From the human T2T-CHM13v2.0 reference genome, Homo sapiens: a stretch of DNA of 64,000 nucleotides. The notes under the pieces are model-generated. The model ran no database searches and was not told the DNA's origin. It saw only the letters and a program-made list of their open reading frames with translations. A program made the translations under genes and the position numbers. The DNA lies in the NCBI RefSeq assembly GCF_009914755.1, contig NC_060925.1; one strand, 5' to 3'. Positions 39,626-52,918 of the stretch are shown here, in pieces (positions within the stretch are counted from its first letter, which is position 1; each line of letters starts with the position of its first letter).

Positions 39626-41372
39626 GCTCTCCTATCCATCTTCCTTGCTCTGCTATGTTTCCTCTGCACTCCATGGTCCATCAGATCCCAGTAGTATTTT
39701 TCCTATTGCCTTTTAAACTTCCTTTGGGCGTCTGATTTGTTACTCATTTTGGACCCACTATGCTGGGAACTTGTTCATGGTTCTCCGTCCCTGTCAGCTC
39801 TGACGCAAGTCAGGAAAAGCCTCCCAGGTATTAGTCATCCCTGCTCTGGGATGTCATGCAGCCCCTAGAAGGTGACCTCTAGCTAATTTCCTGGAGGCAG
39901 CAGGTATGATGGAGAGAGGCTGGGCTTTGAACTCAAACAGATTTGGATTTGAATCTTAGCTGTGCCATATTTCTGAGTCTTAGTTTCCTTGTTTCTAAAA
40001 TGCAGGTGAGAATACATCTTTTCCAGGCCAAACATGAGCATTATTGAGATAATCTAAGTATTTTTATAACCTGGAACCTGAGAATTGTTTAATAACTTTT
40101 AATCACTTTTATTATTTAGCTTGTTTCCAGTTTTCTTGACTGAAAAAGCCCCAAATGTTTACCTTGTAGCTAGTGAACATTCACATCAATTATAATTATG
40201 GCTACAACTACCTAGCATAACAGTTAAATGCACAAGCTCTTAGCATAGACTGCCTGAGTTGGAATCTCAGCTCCACCACTTAGTAACCATGTGATTTTAG
40301 GCTTTTACTTAAACCCTCCAAACTTGTTTTGTCAACTGCAAAAAGAGTTTTATGATGCGCCGACCTCATGGGTGAGCAATTGGAATAATGCCTTGCCCAT
40401 TATAATCCCTCCATTGGTGTGAGCTGTTATTATGACTGTTACCATGCATTGAGCTCCTTCAAATGCCAGGCCCTATGTTAAATTCTCATGCATTCTCCCA
40501 TTTTCACAATGGGTTATATTATTCCCACCTTTGAGCAGGGGAAACTGATTCACAGTGGGAAGGTGACTTGCCTCAGATCCCATAGCTAATAGGAGGAAGA
40601 GGCTGGATTCATGTCAGGCTGTGTCAACACCAGAGCCCCTTTTTCACTCCACCATTAGGTTATCTCTCCCGACTTCCAGCTCATTCTCCAAGGAGCCCCC
40701 TTGGCTCCTTCGCAACTTCCTATCCTGATATCCAGGGACATTTCCACATTAATCTCGGTTTCCTTTGCTATTTATGTTGTTACCTTGCCCATGCTGTATC
40801 ACAAGGGTTATTAGTCAGAAATTGTGTGTCAGTGGTTATGACCCTAAAGGAAACATTCCGGAACTCCCACCAACCCTTCCCTGATCTCAGCTCATGAATA
40901 ATAGACTATTTATCAGTGGGCAGAATACAACCTATTGTTGGAGTATAAAGGAACAGCGACCAGGTTAGAAGGCCTCCGTACAAGATGTGTGCCTCAAGGA
41001 CCTGCTGAGTAAGCTGGTGAACACGTGGCTTTTGGAAAACAGGATGACGCCAGCCCAAATTGCTGACAGGTCAGCCCCGCTTGCTGTGAACTGAGTCTTC
41101 TAGGAACAGGGATGCATTGCCCCAGAGAGAGTCATGCATTCACCTAATGACAAGTAAAAATGAAAATTGTAGCAGCTACCATCTGAGTGCTCCCCATGTG
41201 CCAAGGAGGCGCTACATACACCTCCAGGTGTCAGCCCTCACCACTCCCTGCCTTGCTCTTTTTGAGCCAAGAATCCCAAACAACCCAGAGCCCTCTACAG
41301 GCTCCATGCTAGTTCTTGCCTCCGTGCCTTTGCCATTCATTCCTCCATTCAACAGACATATTTACTATGTGT

Positions 41373-42370
41373 CGCTTATGGGTTGAATTGTGTCCCTCCA
41401 GCATTCATATGCTGGAGTCTTAACACCTGATATCTCAGAGCATGATCTTATTTGGAAACACAGTCATTGCAGGTGCAATAAAATGAAATATGCTGGGCCC
41501 CTAATTCCATATGAATTGTGACTTTATAAGAAGGGAAATTTGAACATAGACACACACTCACAGGTGAAATGTCAATGTGAAGATGAAGGCAGAGAGTGGA
41601 GTAATGTGACTATAAGCCAAGGAACACTGAAGGAACCACTAGGAGCTAGGAGGGAGGCAAGGAACAGAGTCTCCCTCATGGCCCCTAGAAGAAACCAGCC
41701 CTGCCCACACCTTGATCTTGGACTTCTAGCTTCCAGAACCGTGACAGTTAATATTGAGTGTCAACTTGATTGAACTGAAGGATGCAAAGTATTGTTCCTG
41801 GGTGTGTCTGTTAGGGTGATGCCAAAGGAGAATAACATTTGAGTCAGTGGAATGGGAGAGGCAGACCCACCATTGATCTGGGTGGGTACCATCTAATCAG
41901 CTACCAGCAAGGCTAGAATAAAGCAGGCAGAAGAATGTGGAAGAGGCAGACTTGCTGAGTCTCCCAGGCTTCATCTTTCTCCCATGCTGAATGCTTTCTG
42001 CCCTTGAACATCAGACTCCAAGTTCTTCAGCTTTTAGACTCTTGGACCTACACCAGTGGTTTGCCAGGGGCTCTTGGACCTTTGGCCACAGACTGAAGAC
42101 TGCACAGTCATCTTCCCTACTTTGAAGTTTTGGGACTCGGACTGGCTTCTTTGCTCCTCAGCTTGCAGATGGCCTACTGTGGGACTTCACCTTGTGATCT
42201 TGTGAGTCAATTCTCCTTAATGAACTCCCTTTCACATATACATCTATCCTATTAGTTCTGCCCCACTAGAGAACCCTGACTAATACAAGAACTATGAAAC
42301 AATAAATTTCTGCTGTTTGAGCCACACAGTCTATAGCACCTTATTACGTCAGCCCTAACAAACCAATACA
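41373..42370 (+). mobile_element. MaLR solo LTR (MLT1B/C-like), split by MLT2A
   Basis: ttatgggttgaattgtgtccc start and aataaatttctgctgttt...aaccaataca end; sits inside a minus-strand L2. Confidence 0.85.
41740..42287 (+). mobile_element. HERV-L solo LTR (MLT2A1/A2-like), 5-bp TSD
   Basis: gttaatattgagtgtcaacttgattg...gagaaccctgactaataca; TSD agaac at 41735-41739 and 42288-42292. Confidence 0.92.
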
Positions 42371-42738
42371 CTGTCAGATCCTAAGTGACAGGGATATCGC
42401 ACTAAACAAGACAGATAAGGTCCCTGTCCACATAGAGCTTACGTTTCAATAGGGAAGACAGACTATAAGTACACAAAGTGTATATAGTATGATTTCAGTG
42501 ATAAAAAGGACACTAAAGCAAAGTAAAAGGATGGAGTGTGTGACCAGGGTGCATAGAGAAAATGCCTATAATGAGACGACATTTTGAGCAAAGGCCTGGA
42601 AGAAGTCAGAGGCAAGCCATGTGAAGTTATGGAGGAAGAACATTCTATGCCAGCCCTTTTTCCTGAACAGTGGTTCACTTTTCCGATGCCCTGCCAAGCC
42701 CCACACCTGGCCGACTCATCCTTCAGGTCTCAGTTCAG

Positions 42739-43022
42739 TGGGTACCAAAAAAAAAAAAATTAGAAAGAATGAATAAGACCTACTATTTGATAGCACAATA
42801 GGGTGACTCTAGTCAACAATAACTTAATTATATACTTTTAAATAACTTAAGAGTGTAAGTGGATTGTTTGTAACTCAAAGGATAAATGCTTGAGGGGATG
42901 GACACCCCATTCTCCATGGTGTTCTTATTTCACATTGCATGTCTGTATCAGAACATCTAGTATACCCCATAAATATATACACCTCCTACATACCCACATA
43001 AATTTTAAATTACAATTAAAAA
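42739..43022 (+). mobile_element. 5'-truncated L1 (L1MA-like 3' end) in L2
   Basis: gaatgaataagacctactatttgatagcacaataggg...; TSD gtctcag(t/c)tcag at 42727 and 43023. Confidence 0.85.
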
Positions 43023-43292
43023 GTCTCAGCTCAGGTGCCATCTCCTGTAAGGAGCCTTCGACGACAGCCCCCAGGCCCCCAGGCTAATCTAAATGCTACT
43101 CTCCCTTGGGATCTCCCATACCTCCAATGGAGGTGTTTCCCTGAATTCTCATGTTCTTTTATAACTTTTTGGTTGGTTTCGTATCTCTGTGCCTGGATTG
43201 TGCTTTCCTAGAGGACAGGATCATGTCTTATTTTTGTATCCCCAGAACTCAGCATAGAAACAAGGGTAAAGAACAAGGTTCAACACAAATCT

Positions 43293-43307
43293 ATGGGTGG
43301 ATGGATG

Positions 43308-43343
<36 letters not shown>

Positions 43344-43380
43344 CATAGATACATAGATTGACAGATGGACAGATGGATGG
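43293..43380. repeat. Compound (GGAT)n(GATA)9 tetranucleotide STR
   Basis: (GATA)9 at 43308-43343. Confidence 0.92.
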
Positions 43381-45567
43381 AAGAAGAGACGGGTGGAATT
43401 ATGTTATTTATTACTCACTACAGCCTTATAAGATAGTTACTATTAGACTTATGGTACAGATGAGGAGATCTGGGTCCCCATGAAGATGGGTCCTGGTTAT
43501 TTACACACTGCCCAAGTTCTAGGCCTCCAGGCACAGTTCAACTGGCATAAACTGGTGAAGCAGATGTCTGGGTAAAGTCACCAGTTAGGTGCAAGTTCCT
43601 TGGAAGCACATAGCCTTTTACAGACTAAACTTTAACATTTCCATTTGATCCTCACAACAGCCTACAATGTATACACACAGGATAATTGTCCTCATTTGAA
43701 AAATCAGAAAATCTAGATTTAGAGAGGTAAAATGAATTTCCCAGGGTCTCAAAGCAGTCACATAGAGCATGTGGTGCCTCCTCAACTAACTGACGCCTAG
43801 AACCGTATCTTAGATGCTCAGGACCGAGAGGACCTTCAACTTCATCTAGTCCAACCTCCACCAGACCAGGAAGAGGTGTCTCAGGATTTCACTAGCTCCA
43901 AAGAAATACCAGAGATGCTGTTCTGCCCCAAAACACCAGAAAACACCTGCCCTTTAAAACAAAATAAAGAGGCAAAAAGAGAAAGAAAAGGAAACCAATA
44001 TCTAGACATAGCCCTAAAATCCATTTTTCCCTGATAGCTGCACTTTATTCTTCAAAGCCCCTTTTCCTTTAAGACCATAAGCTCTTCTGGAGGATTGAGT
44101 TGGAGGAGGACAGAGTGATGATAAATCTACCAACAACCCCAGCCCCTTCTATCAGTCGTTTAATGAGAAGCACGTGGAAGTGGAGGGGAATGAAGGCACG
44201 GATGGGCAGAGTTCAAAAGGTTCCTCCCCCTTCTGGTGTAGAGGGGGATTTGTTGTGTAACCCAAACATCCCAGCATTCCTAGTGGGAAGAGGCAGAGCG
44301 CAGGAGGCCCAGCACAGCCGGCCTGCAAAGTTACCAAAGGCTCCTCTCAGTCTGACAGTCCCTGTGACTTCGATCCTGGCTGTCCACGTTGCTTAATAGT
44401 CTACGGTCTGCCCTGAGCTTTTGTCCCCACTTCAAGGGTATGGATTCAACCCCCAGAGGACAAGGTCAGATCCAGGAGCTGCAGTCAGCCCCATTCCCTG
44501 TGTGAAAAACATCTTTCAAGCTTACAAAGCATTCTGGGGTATAATATCTCAAAACTGGTTTAAAATTAAAGGTACTCACTCATCATGCTCAGCTTGTTTC
44601 CACACCTGTGTTTTCAGTAAACCACACTGATTTTCACCTGTCATTCAGCTAGAAAAAAACCTCACTATCTTTATTCTACCTCTGTGTCATTCCTACATTC
44701 AAATGATGAGCAAAAGCAGCCGACTCTACTTGAGAAATGTCTTCCCAGTATCACTCGCCAATATCACTTCCTGTAATCTCCCTGCAGCACCTGCCCTAGT
44801 TTAGGCCTGTTCCTCGCTCTCTGGGCCTTCTAATTGCAGCCAGCCCTGCTTCCCTTGCCAACCTTCTTTACCTGTTATCATGATCTTCCTGCAACAATTA
44901 ACCTGGTCAAATCAGTCCCTGCTCAAATTGTTGGATCACTATTTCCAATGGGATAAATCCAAACTCTTTATCAGGGAACACAAGGCCCTACATCATTCAA
45001 TCTCCTCTCCTCATCCCCAGCCACTTCTGCATTTCATTTTTCTCTCCTGCAGCTCTGACTTGCTTGTAATTAAACGCAAGTCAGAGCTGCAGGAGAGAAA
45101 CCATGTATCACCCCCATTCATTGCCTCATGTTATTCCCTTTCCCTGGAATGCCTCCCTTTCCTCACCATCTCACACCCCTTGTTGCCCTGCCAAACTCCT
45201 ACTCATCCTTTGAGGATCAGCACAGGCATCACCTGCTTGAGGGAGCTTTGCTCGACCTCTGTCACCCCACCCCACCCACCATCGTTGGTGTAGGTGTCTT
45301 TTCCCATGGTCCTCTGTTGCTGCACTGTGCACCAAGAGTGACAGCCACCTGTTCATGTGCATTTGTTCCCATTTGACTGTGAGCTCCTCAAGGGCCAGGA
45401 CTCTGTTTCACTCATCTCTATATCACCTGCTGTTAGCCAAAGCCCTGGCAAAAGGAAGAATTAAATAAATATGGAATGAGTGAATGAATGGTTGATAGAC
45501 TTGGTGTAACCTATGAGGGAAAGTGTAGAGTCTAGGATAACTTGATGTTTGAGGATACAGTGAATAG

Positions 45568-45910
<343 letters not shown>

Positions 45911-47059
45911 ATGAATGCTTTCCATAAGCATGGGAAGTAGAGAATGCATGAAAGTTTAGGGAGCAGATGGCCACTCCTATCAGGTAGAGATGTCCACTAG
46001 CTGGATCCATGTACACATCTGGAGTTCAGGATAGAGCTCATCTGGATGAGATATGTCATTTGGGGTATCGCTGCTGTGGAAAAATTCCTAGAGAGGAGTC
46101 TAGAGTGAGAAAAACCGTGGAGGGAACCCTGAGGAACACTGGTATTAAAGAGTGGGCAGAGAAAGACAATCTCGTACAAACAACAGAGGGGAAGCATCCA
46201 GAGAGGTAGGAGCTGCTCCATTGAGGGGAGTGCACTCCAAACCAGGGGAGGAGTGCATTCCAAGAAGTGACCAGTGTTTCCAAATGCAGCAGGCATGGCC
46301 ACCCTTCTTCAATGATGGGCAAGACTTCATCCCCTCACACTGTGGGTTCCAGCCTGTCTGCCTGGTTTAGGGTTCCCTGAACAGGCCACACCATTCACCC
46401 TCCCATACCTTTGCTTAGTCATTCCCTCTGCCAGCAAGTTCCACAACCACACACCCCCAAACTGTCATCATCCATCAAACACCATTTGAGCTTTTCCTCT
46501 CGCAAATCCTTCCTAACCTGCCCCTGCCCAGTGGTGAGTTGACCACCCCCTCCTCTAGACCTCCACTTTTCTATGAACTTGGCTCTTATGCATCAGCTGT
46601 AATAATAGTTTTGTTTTCATGCCTATTTTCTCCACAAATTTGAGTTCTCTGGGGGCACAGCTTGCCTTATTTGTCTAGACAATGCCAAGACCAGACACAG
46701 GGTCTGCCATCAAGTCAGAAGTCTATATATTTTACTGAGAGAGAGAGAAAGAATAAAAGACTTTGCACATCAACCTCACTCAGAGAACAAATCAATAGAA
46801 GTGCACAACTCAAAATCCGATTAATTGCCCATCTCCTCTGTTGGTTTTTGGTTGACTGAGGTTCCTTGGAAATGCCTGGGTTAATATTATACAAGATGCA
46901 TTAAGTGGCTTTTGCCCTGGCCTCTATGAGCTCCTGAATGTAGTTACAAATGAACTCATCTGGGTGGGAGGGAGCACCTTCGGGGGTTATATAGAAACAT
47001 CCGCTTGTGTTGAAGCGGCCAAACTGCCTTTCTTTTGCCCCCACTGCAGCAAGGGTGTC

Positions 47060-47340
47060 TCATAAATGTTAAATAATCATAATGACCATGCTCAAGGGGG
47101 TGTCAGTGGTCATAAAAGCTAGTTTTTATGGATGCTTCCCTGCGTCTCCTGGTGGGTGGTTAGAAATTGAGCAGGACTGATGGCCAGAGGTCTCCATATA
47201 GCCTGCATCTGAGAGACCTATAAGCTTGGGTGGCAAGAAGGAGCTCCAATCACAGGCCAGGACACTCAACTATTGATTGATAGAGGAAGGCCACCCACAC
47301 CGTGCCTTCTGGAATCCATTGGTGAGTCACCGGCCAACGG
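47060..47340. promoter_or_regulatory. Candidate HOX/PBX/MEIS enhancer
   Basis: TCATAAA 47060, TGTCAG 47101, GTCATAAAA 47109, TTTTATGG 47124, TGATTGAT 47274, AGAGGAAG 47282, TGAGTCA 47323, CAACGG 47335. Confidence 0.45.
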
Positions 47341-48100
47341 ATTATGTGTTCAATATGGGCCATTGGGCCTGATACCAAGGCATTTCCTGCTTACAGCTTA
47401 GGGGAGCTGTCCTTAATGAGGGTGATGACCTATAGGTCCAAGAAATAACCAGATGAGAGGGAAACCCTGGTCTTATTTACACCTCATGGGATGTGGCTTC
47501 CTAGGCCTTTTCTGTTTGATTCCATATTTCCCAGGACCTCACTTTATATTCATTCCATCACTTATCTGTTGTGTCCATTAATTCCGAGGCCATTAATTAA
47601 GCACCTGGGCAGGATGCCGGAAATAAAAAATAGATAAGACATGGTTAACACCTTTATTGGGTCAACTTTGGAGAGATAAAAAACCAATTCCTTTGTGATA
47701 TTTAAGTATTTACAGCCATAGAGGTATGTACCAAAGGAAGAAAGAGCTGTCATGGAGGTAATATTTGTACTGAGTTTTGAAGAATCAATAGAATTTCACC
47801 AGGAAGGTACAAAGGAGGAAGGAGGATGCCCAGGTACTCAGTGGGTGGAGGAGGCACTTTACACAATTAGACACGTAGAGTGAGAGGAGTGCTAAAATGA
47901 GGGTCAAGAGCAGGGCCTCCACCTTACACAACTCCAGGGGAGCACCAGTCACATGGGAGTGTATGGAGTCACGCAGGGCATAACCTGGTGGCCGTGTACC
48001 CCAAGTGGCCCTAGTCAGGAGACCTGGGTTTGATTCCTGGCTCTGATATTAACTAGCTGTATGACCTTGGATGATGTTTTTCACATTTCTCAGTCTCTTT

Positions 48101-48153
48101 TTTTTTTTTTGAGACGGAGTTTCACTCTTCTTTCCCATGCTGGAGTGCAATGG
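48101..48153 (-). mobile_element. 53-bp Alu 3' remnant, 10-bp TSD, within a MIR
   Basis: TSD cagtctcttt at 48091-48100 and 48154-48163. Confidence 0.9.
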
Positions 48154-49406
48154 CAGTCTCTTTAAGTGTGGAATAAAGAGGTTGGACTGGATGGTTTCCA
48201 AATATCCTCTCCTCTCTAGTGTCTTCTATGAGTCTACGCATCCAGACTGAGATAAAATGGGACTTGGAGTTAAAGCTTGTCATTTCAGGAATGAATTAGG
48301 CATTGTCTTTGGAAATGAGACCTTAATCTTCCCCTGACTCTTAATCTCTGTGCATTTTTTATAAAAGTTAGTTAAACATTGGCACATGGAATATTAACAC
48401 TAAAAGGGAAACTAAAGATCATTTAACCCAAGTGGTTCATTTTTGAGAAGATGAGACTGAGGCCAGAGACAGTAAATGATTCAGCAAGTTGGGTCAAGAC
48501 TCAGGTCAAGACAGAAGGGTTCTTTGCCCCAAGCCAAGTAGTTCCCAAGTTTGACCTCAACTCTCTCCAAGATATTGTAACCTCCTTCACCCAAGTTTTG
48601 GGTTTATTGAAAAAAAAAAAAAAAAAAAAAAACAAAGTACGAGGCAAAACCAGCATCCTATTAAGAAGTGTAATGTTGCTAGGAAAGCCTGCCAGTAGAT
48701 CTTCTCCCACACCTCCTGGCCATCCTGTTTCTACTTTGCTGGCTCCCAAACAGCACAGCATGCTGTTGACCTGCAGATCTAGGAGAATAGCACACCTCCA
48801 CTTGATAGTTCTTTGAAATATGAGAAATCCAAGCTCTTGTCCTAACATAAGTAAATGAATTCCATGAATATATTTAAATCATTTTAGACATAGGTCAGAA
48901 TATTCCAAGCACTATCCACCCCAGGTACCCAAACGAGGAACCCATGTGTTGTTCTAGCTCTTCCCCTTCTCTTTCCCTTGCTCTCATTCCAGTTCCAAAA
49001 CATATCCCTATCTCTATCCCCATGACCTACTTCAGGGCCACATGCTTTCTTACCTGAGCTCTTACATTAGTCACCTAATTAATCTCCCTCTTCTCACCCA
49101 GACCCCTTCTGCCACCATGAGGATTCTGACTCTCCCTCTGCTTAAAGGCAAATCAGGTGCACCCCATACCTATCAGATAAAGCCCAAATTCTTCAGCCTG
49201 GCATGCCATGCCTTTTGTGACTTTTCCCTGCCCGCTTGTCATCATTCATCTTTCAGCCATTCCTGCTCTGCCTTCATCCTCCACAAAAATACACTATTAT
49301 TATTTATGGTTCCACAAATATATTATGTTCTCTCAAGTCTCCCTACCTTTGCTGGGGTTATTTTCCCTGCCAGAATTGCTTCCCCCATCCTCAAATCCAT
49401 CCGATT

Positions 49407-49793
49407 TGTATCACTCTGCTCGGGTTGCCAAAACAAAATACACAAACTGGGTAGCTTAAACAACAGAAATTGATTCCTTCACAGTTCTGGAGGCTAGAAG
49501 TTCATGATCATGGTGTCAGCAAATTCAATTCCTGCTAAGGGCTCTCTTCCTGGCTTGCAGACAGCCACCTCCTCCCTATGTCCTCACAGGGACTTCCTTC
49601 TTTGTGCAAGTGTCTTTGGTGTCTCTTCCTTTTATTTTAAGAGCACTATTAAATTAGGGTTATAATTAAAGTTAAATGTGACCTCATTTAACCTTAACTA
49701 TCTCTCTAACAGCCTTATCTCCAAATGCAGTCCCATTAAGAGTTAGGGTTTCAACATATGAAGTGGGGCAAGGGAATGATTAAGCCTGTAACA
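49407..49793 (-). mobile_element. MaLR solo LTR (MLT1A-like)
   Basis: tgtatc...ctgggtagcttaaacaacagaaatt...ttcaacatatgaa...taaca. Confidence 0.85.
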
Positions 49794-49840
49794 CTTCTAT
49801 TATAGCTTTTATTTTTATGTATTCAGTTTATTTGTTTTCA

Positions 49841-50150
<310 letters not shown>

Positions 50151-50220
50151 TTATTTGTTTTCACATCTGTCTCTTCCACTGGCTTCTGAGGGAACCTGGA
50201 ACGCCTTTGAATCTGTAGCT

Positions 50221-50400
50221 CAGTGAGGGTCCATCTAGATTTTGTGAGACCCATCCTCCCTACCCCAGGCTTACAAAATGCGGTAGGCCCTCATTGGGAA
50301 AAAGATTAAAAATTAGGTATAAGGTGAATTTAGAAAGGTCCCATGCAAGTGAAGCGCCCTGGAGTTCAAGCCTCGGAGCTTCATACTTTATCTGTCTCTG
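50221..50400. mobile_element. hAT-Tip100 DNA transposon relic (Arthur1-like)
   Basis: cag...ctctg ends; ggtcccatgcaagtgaagcgccctggagttcaagc...agcttca. Confidence 0.5.
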
Positions 50401-51018
50401 GGCTCAGTAAAGATGTGTCACAATAAAAAGCTTCAACAGCCTCAATATGTACTAGAAAGACTGGATTTAAATCCAATCTCTCATCTCCCTTTGGGCAGGT
50501 GAGTTCATTATCTGCACATTGGTATTTCTGCATATGTAAAAATGAATTTATAATACCTGCCGTGTTAAGGTTGTTTTGCATTGAAGATGTATTTAGGTAA
50601 CCTGAAAATATACCAAATATTTGTTTACTTGCTTATTGTCTGTGTTCCCCACCACAGTCTAAACCCCATGAAGAAAGAGACTTTGCCTTCGTCATTGCTG
50701 AATGCCTCTTGTCTAGAATAATGTCTAGAAATTGTTGGGTGTTCAATGAATGTTTATTGATTGAAACAATATAGTACCTCCTCATATCTGAAACAATGGT
50801 GCCTGGTATCCATTGATAGGTTAAGTTCTCCCAATTTTAACTCTTACTATTATTAATAAATTTTAGTTAAATGAGTAATAAGGAGAAAGAAAATACAAAT
50901 ATCAGAAGAGATAAAAACCACTCATAGACTCTGGAGAGCAAAGTAAATCAAATTTCATATGATCCGAAATGTTTTCAGACCTAGAATTTTTTTAAAAAAT
51001 CTTTAAAAAAAAAAGATC

Positions 51019-51393
<375 letters not shown>

Positions 51394-51904
51394 TCACTGG
51401 TGACCAAGACAGCATATTTATTCATTGTTCAGCAGCTCCCTTCTTATTCTCCAAGGAGTGGAAAGCGTTGCTGAGTTCTGGACGAAAGCCTCTCCCGTCA
51501 GCTGTTTAAGAGCATTGCTGTCATTAGACAACCTCAAATCATGTCAAGCCCCAGTCTCTGCCAGCACCGAGCTGAAAAGCCAATCCTCCAACTTAGCTCT
51601 GAACTCTTCACCCCAATCAATTAAGAACGATCCCATCAAAAACCCCAAATAAGTTTGCTTGGCCTGACCTTGACGATTCTAGTTAAAGAGACATCGCTCC
51701 TCCTGGAAGAATCTATCATTTTTAAATGGCTCACATGATGGCTGAGGAATTCAGGGAGAGTTAGACTGAATCCCAGCACCCGAGAGCTGAGAGAGACCTC
51801 GGCACTCAGAGTCCATTTTTCACTACAGAAGAGGAAACTGAGGCTCAGAGACAGCGACTACCTTTCTTGAGGTCATATAACTTGGCGATTATTGTTGTGA
51901 AAAT

Positions 51905-52918
51905 GTATTCCTTACACCAGTCAGAATGGCTATGATTAAAAAGTCAAAAAACAACAGATGTTGGTGTGGATGTGGAAAAAAGGGAATGTTTATACACTGT
52001 TGGTGGGGAAGAAATTAGTAAACTAGTACAACATCTAGGAAAAACAGTATGGAGATTTCTCAAAGAACTAAAAATAAAATTATCATTTGACCCAACAACC
52101 CCACTACTGGGTATCTACCCAGTACTTGTACCTGTATTTGTATGTCTATTGCAGCACTATTCTCAACAGCAAAGTCATGGAATCAACCTAAGTGTCCATC
52201 AGCAGCTGAACTGATAAAGAAAACATGGCTGGGTGCGGTGGCTCACACCTATAATCCCAGCACTTTGAGAGGTTGATGTGGGTGGATCACTTGAGGCCAG
52301 GAGTTTGAGACCAGCCTGGCCAACATGGTGAAATCCCATCTCTACTAAAAATACAAAAATTAACCAGGCCTGGTAGTGCACACCTGTAATCCCAGCTAGT
52401 CGGGAGGCTGAGGCAGGAGAATCACTTGAACTCAGGTGGTGGAGGGCTGCAGTGAGCTAGCTGAGTTCACACCACTGCACTCTACCCTGGGTGACAGAGC
52501 AAGGCTCTGTCTCAAAAATAGATGTATATGGTACATATACGCCATGGAATACTACACCACCAATTAAAAAGAATGAAATCATGTCTTTTGCAGCAACATG
52601 GATGGAGCTAGAGGCAATTATCTTAAAAGAAATAACTCAGAAACAGAAAACCAAATACTGCATGTTCTCACTTACAAGTGGGAGCTAAAGAATCAGTACA
52701 CATGAACATCTAGAGAGTAATAACAGAACTAAGGGCTCCAAAAGGGGGAAGCGTCAGAGGAAGAGAGGGTTGAAAAATTACCTGTTGGGTACAATGTTCA
52801 CTGTTTGGGTGACAGGCACCCTAAAAGTCCAAACCCTACCGCTACACAATATATCCATATAACAAACCTGCACATGTACCCCTGAATCTATAAAATAAAA
52901 CTTTTTTTTTTAAAAAAG
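51905..52918 (+). mobile_element. L1 3' end (L1PB-like) interrupted by an Alu
   Basis: ORF2 C-terminal remnants (WRFLKELKIKLSFDP; KKNEIMSFAATWMELEAIIL), then the 3'UTR and A-rich tail. Confidence 0.9.
52227..52518 (+). mobile_element. Alu (AluS)
   Basis: Dimer inside the L1. Confidence 0.95.

Noticed and set aside
51905-52918. L1 ORF2-like peptides as an active element or domesticated gene
   Set aside because: Short, frameshifted, Alu-interrupted 3' remnant.
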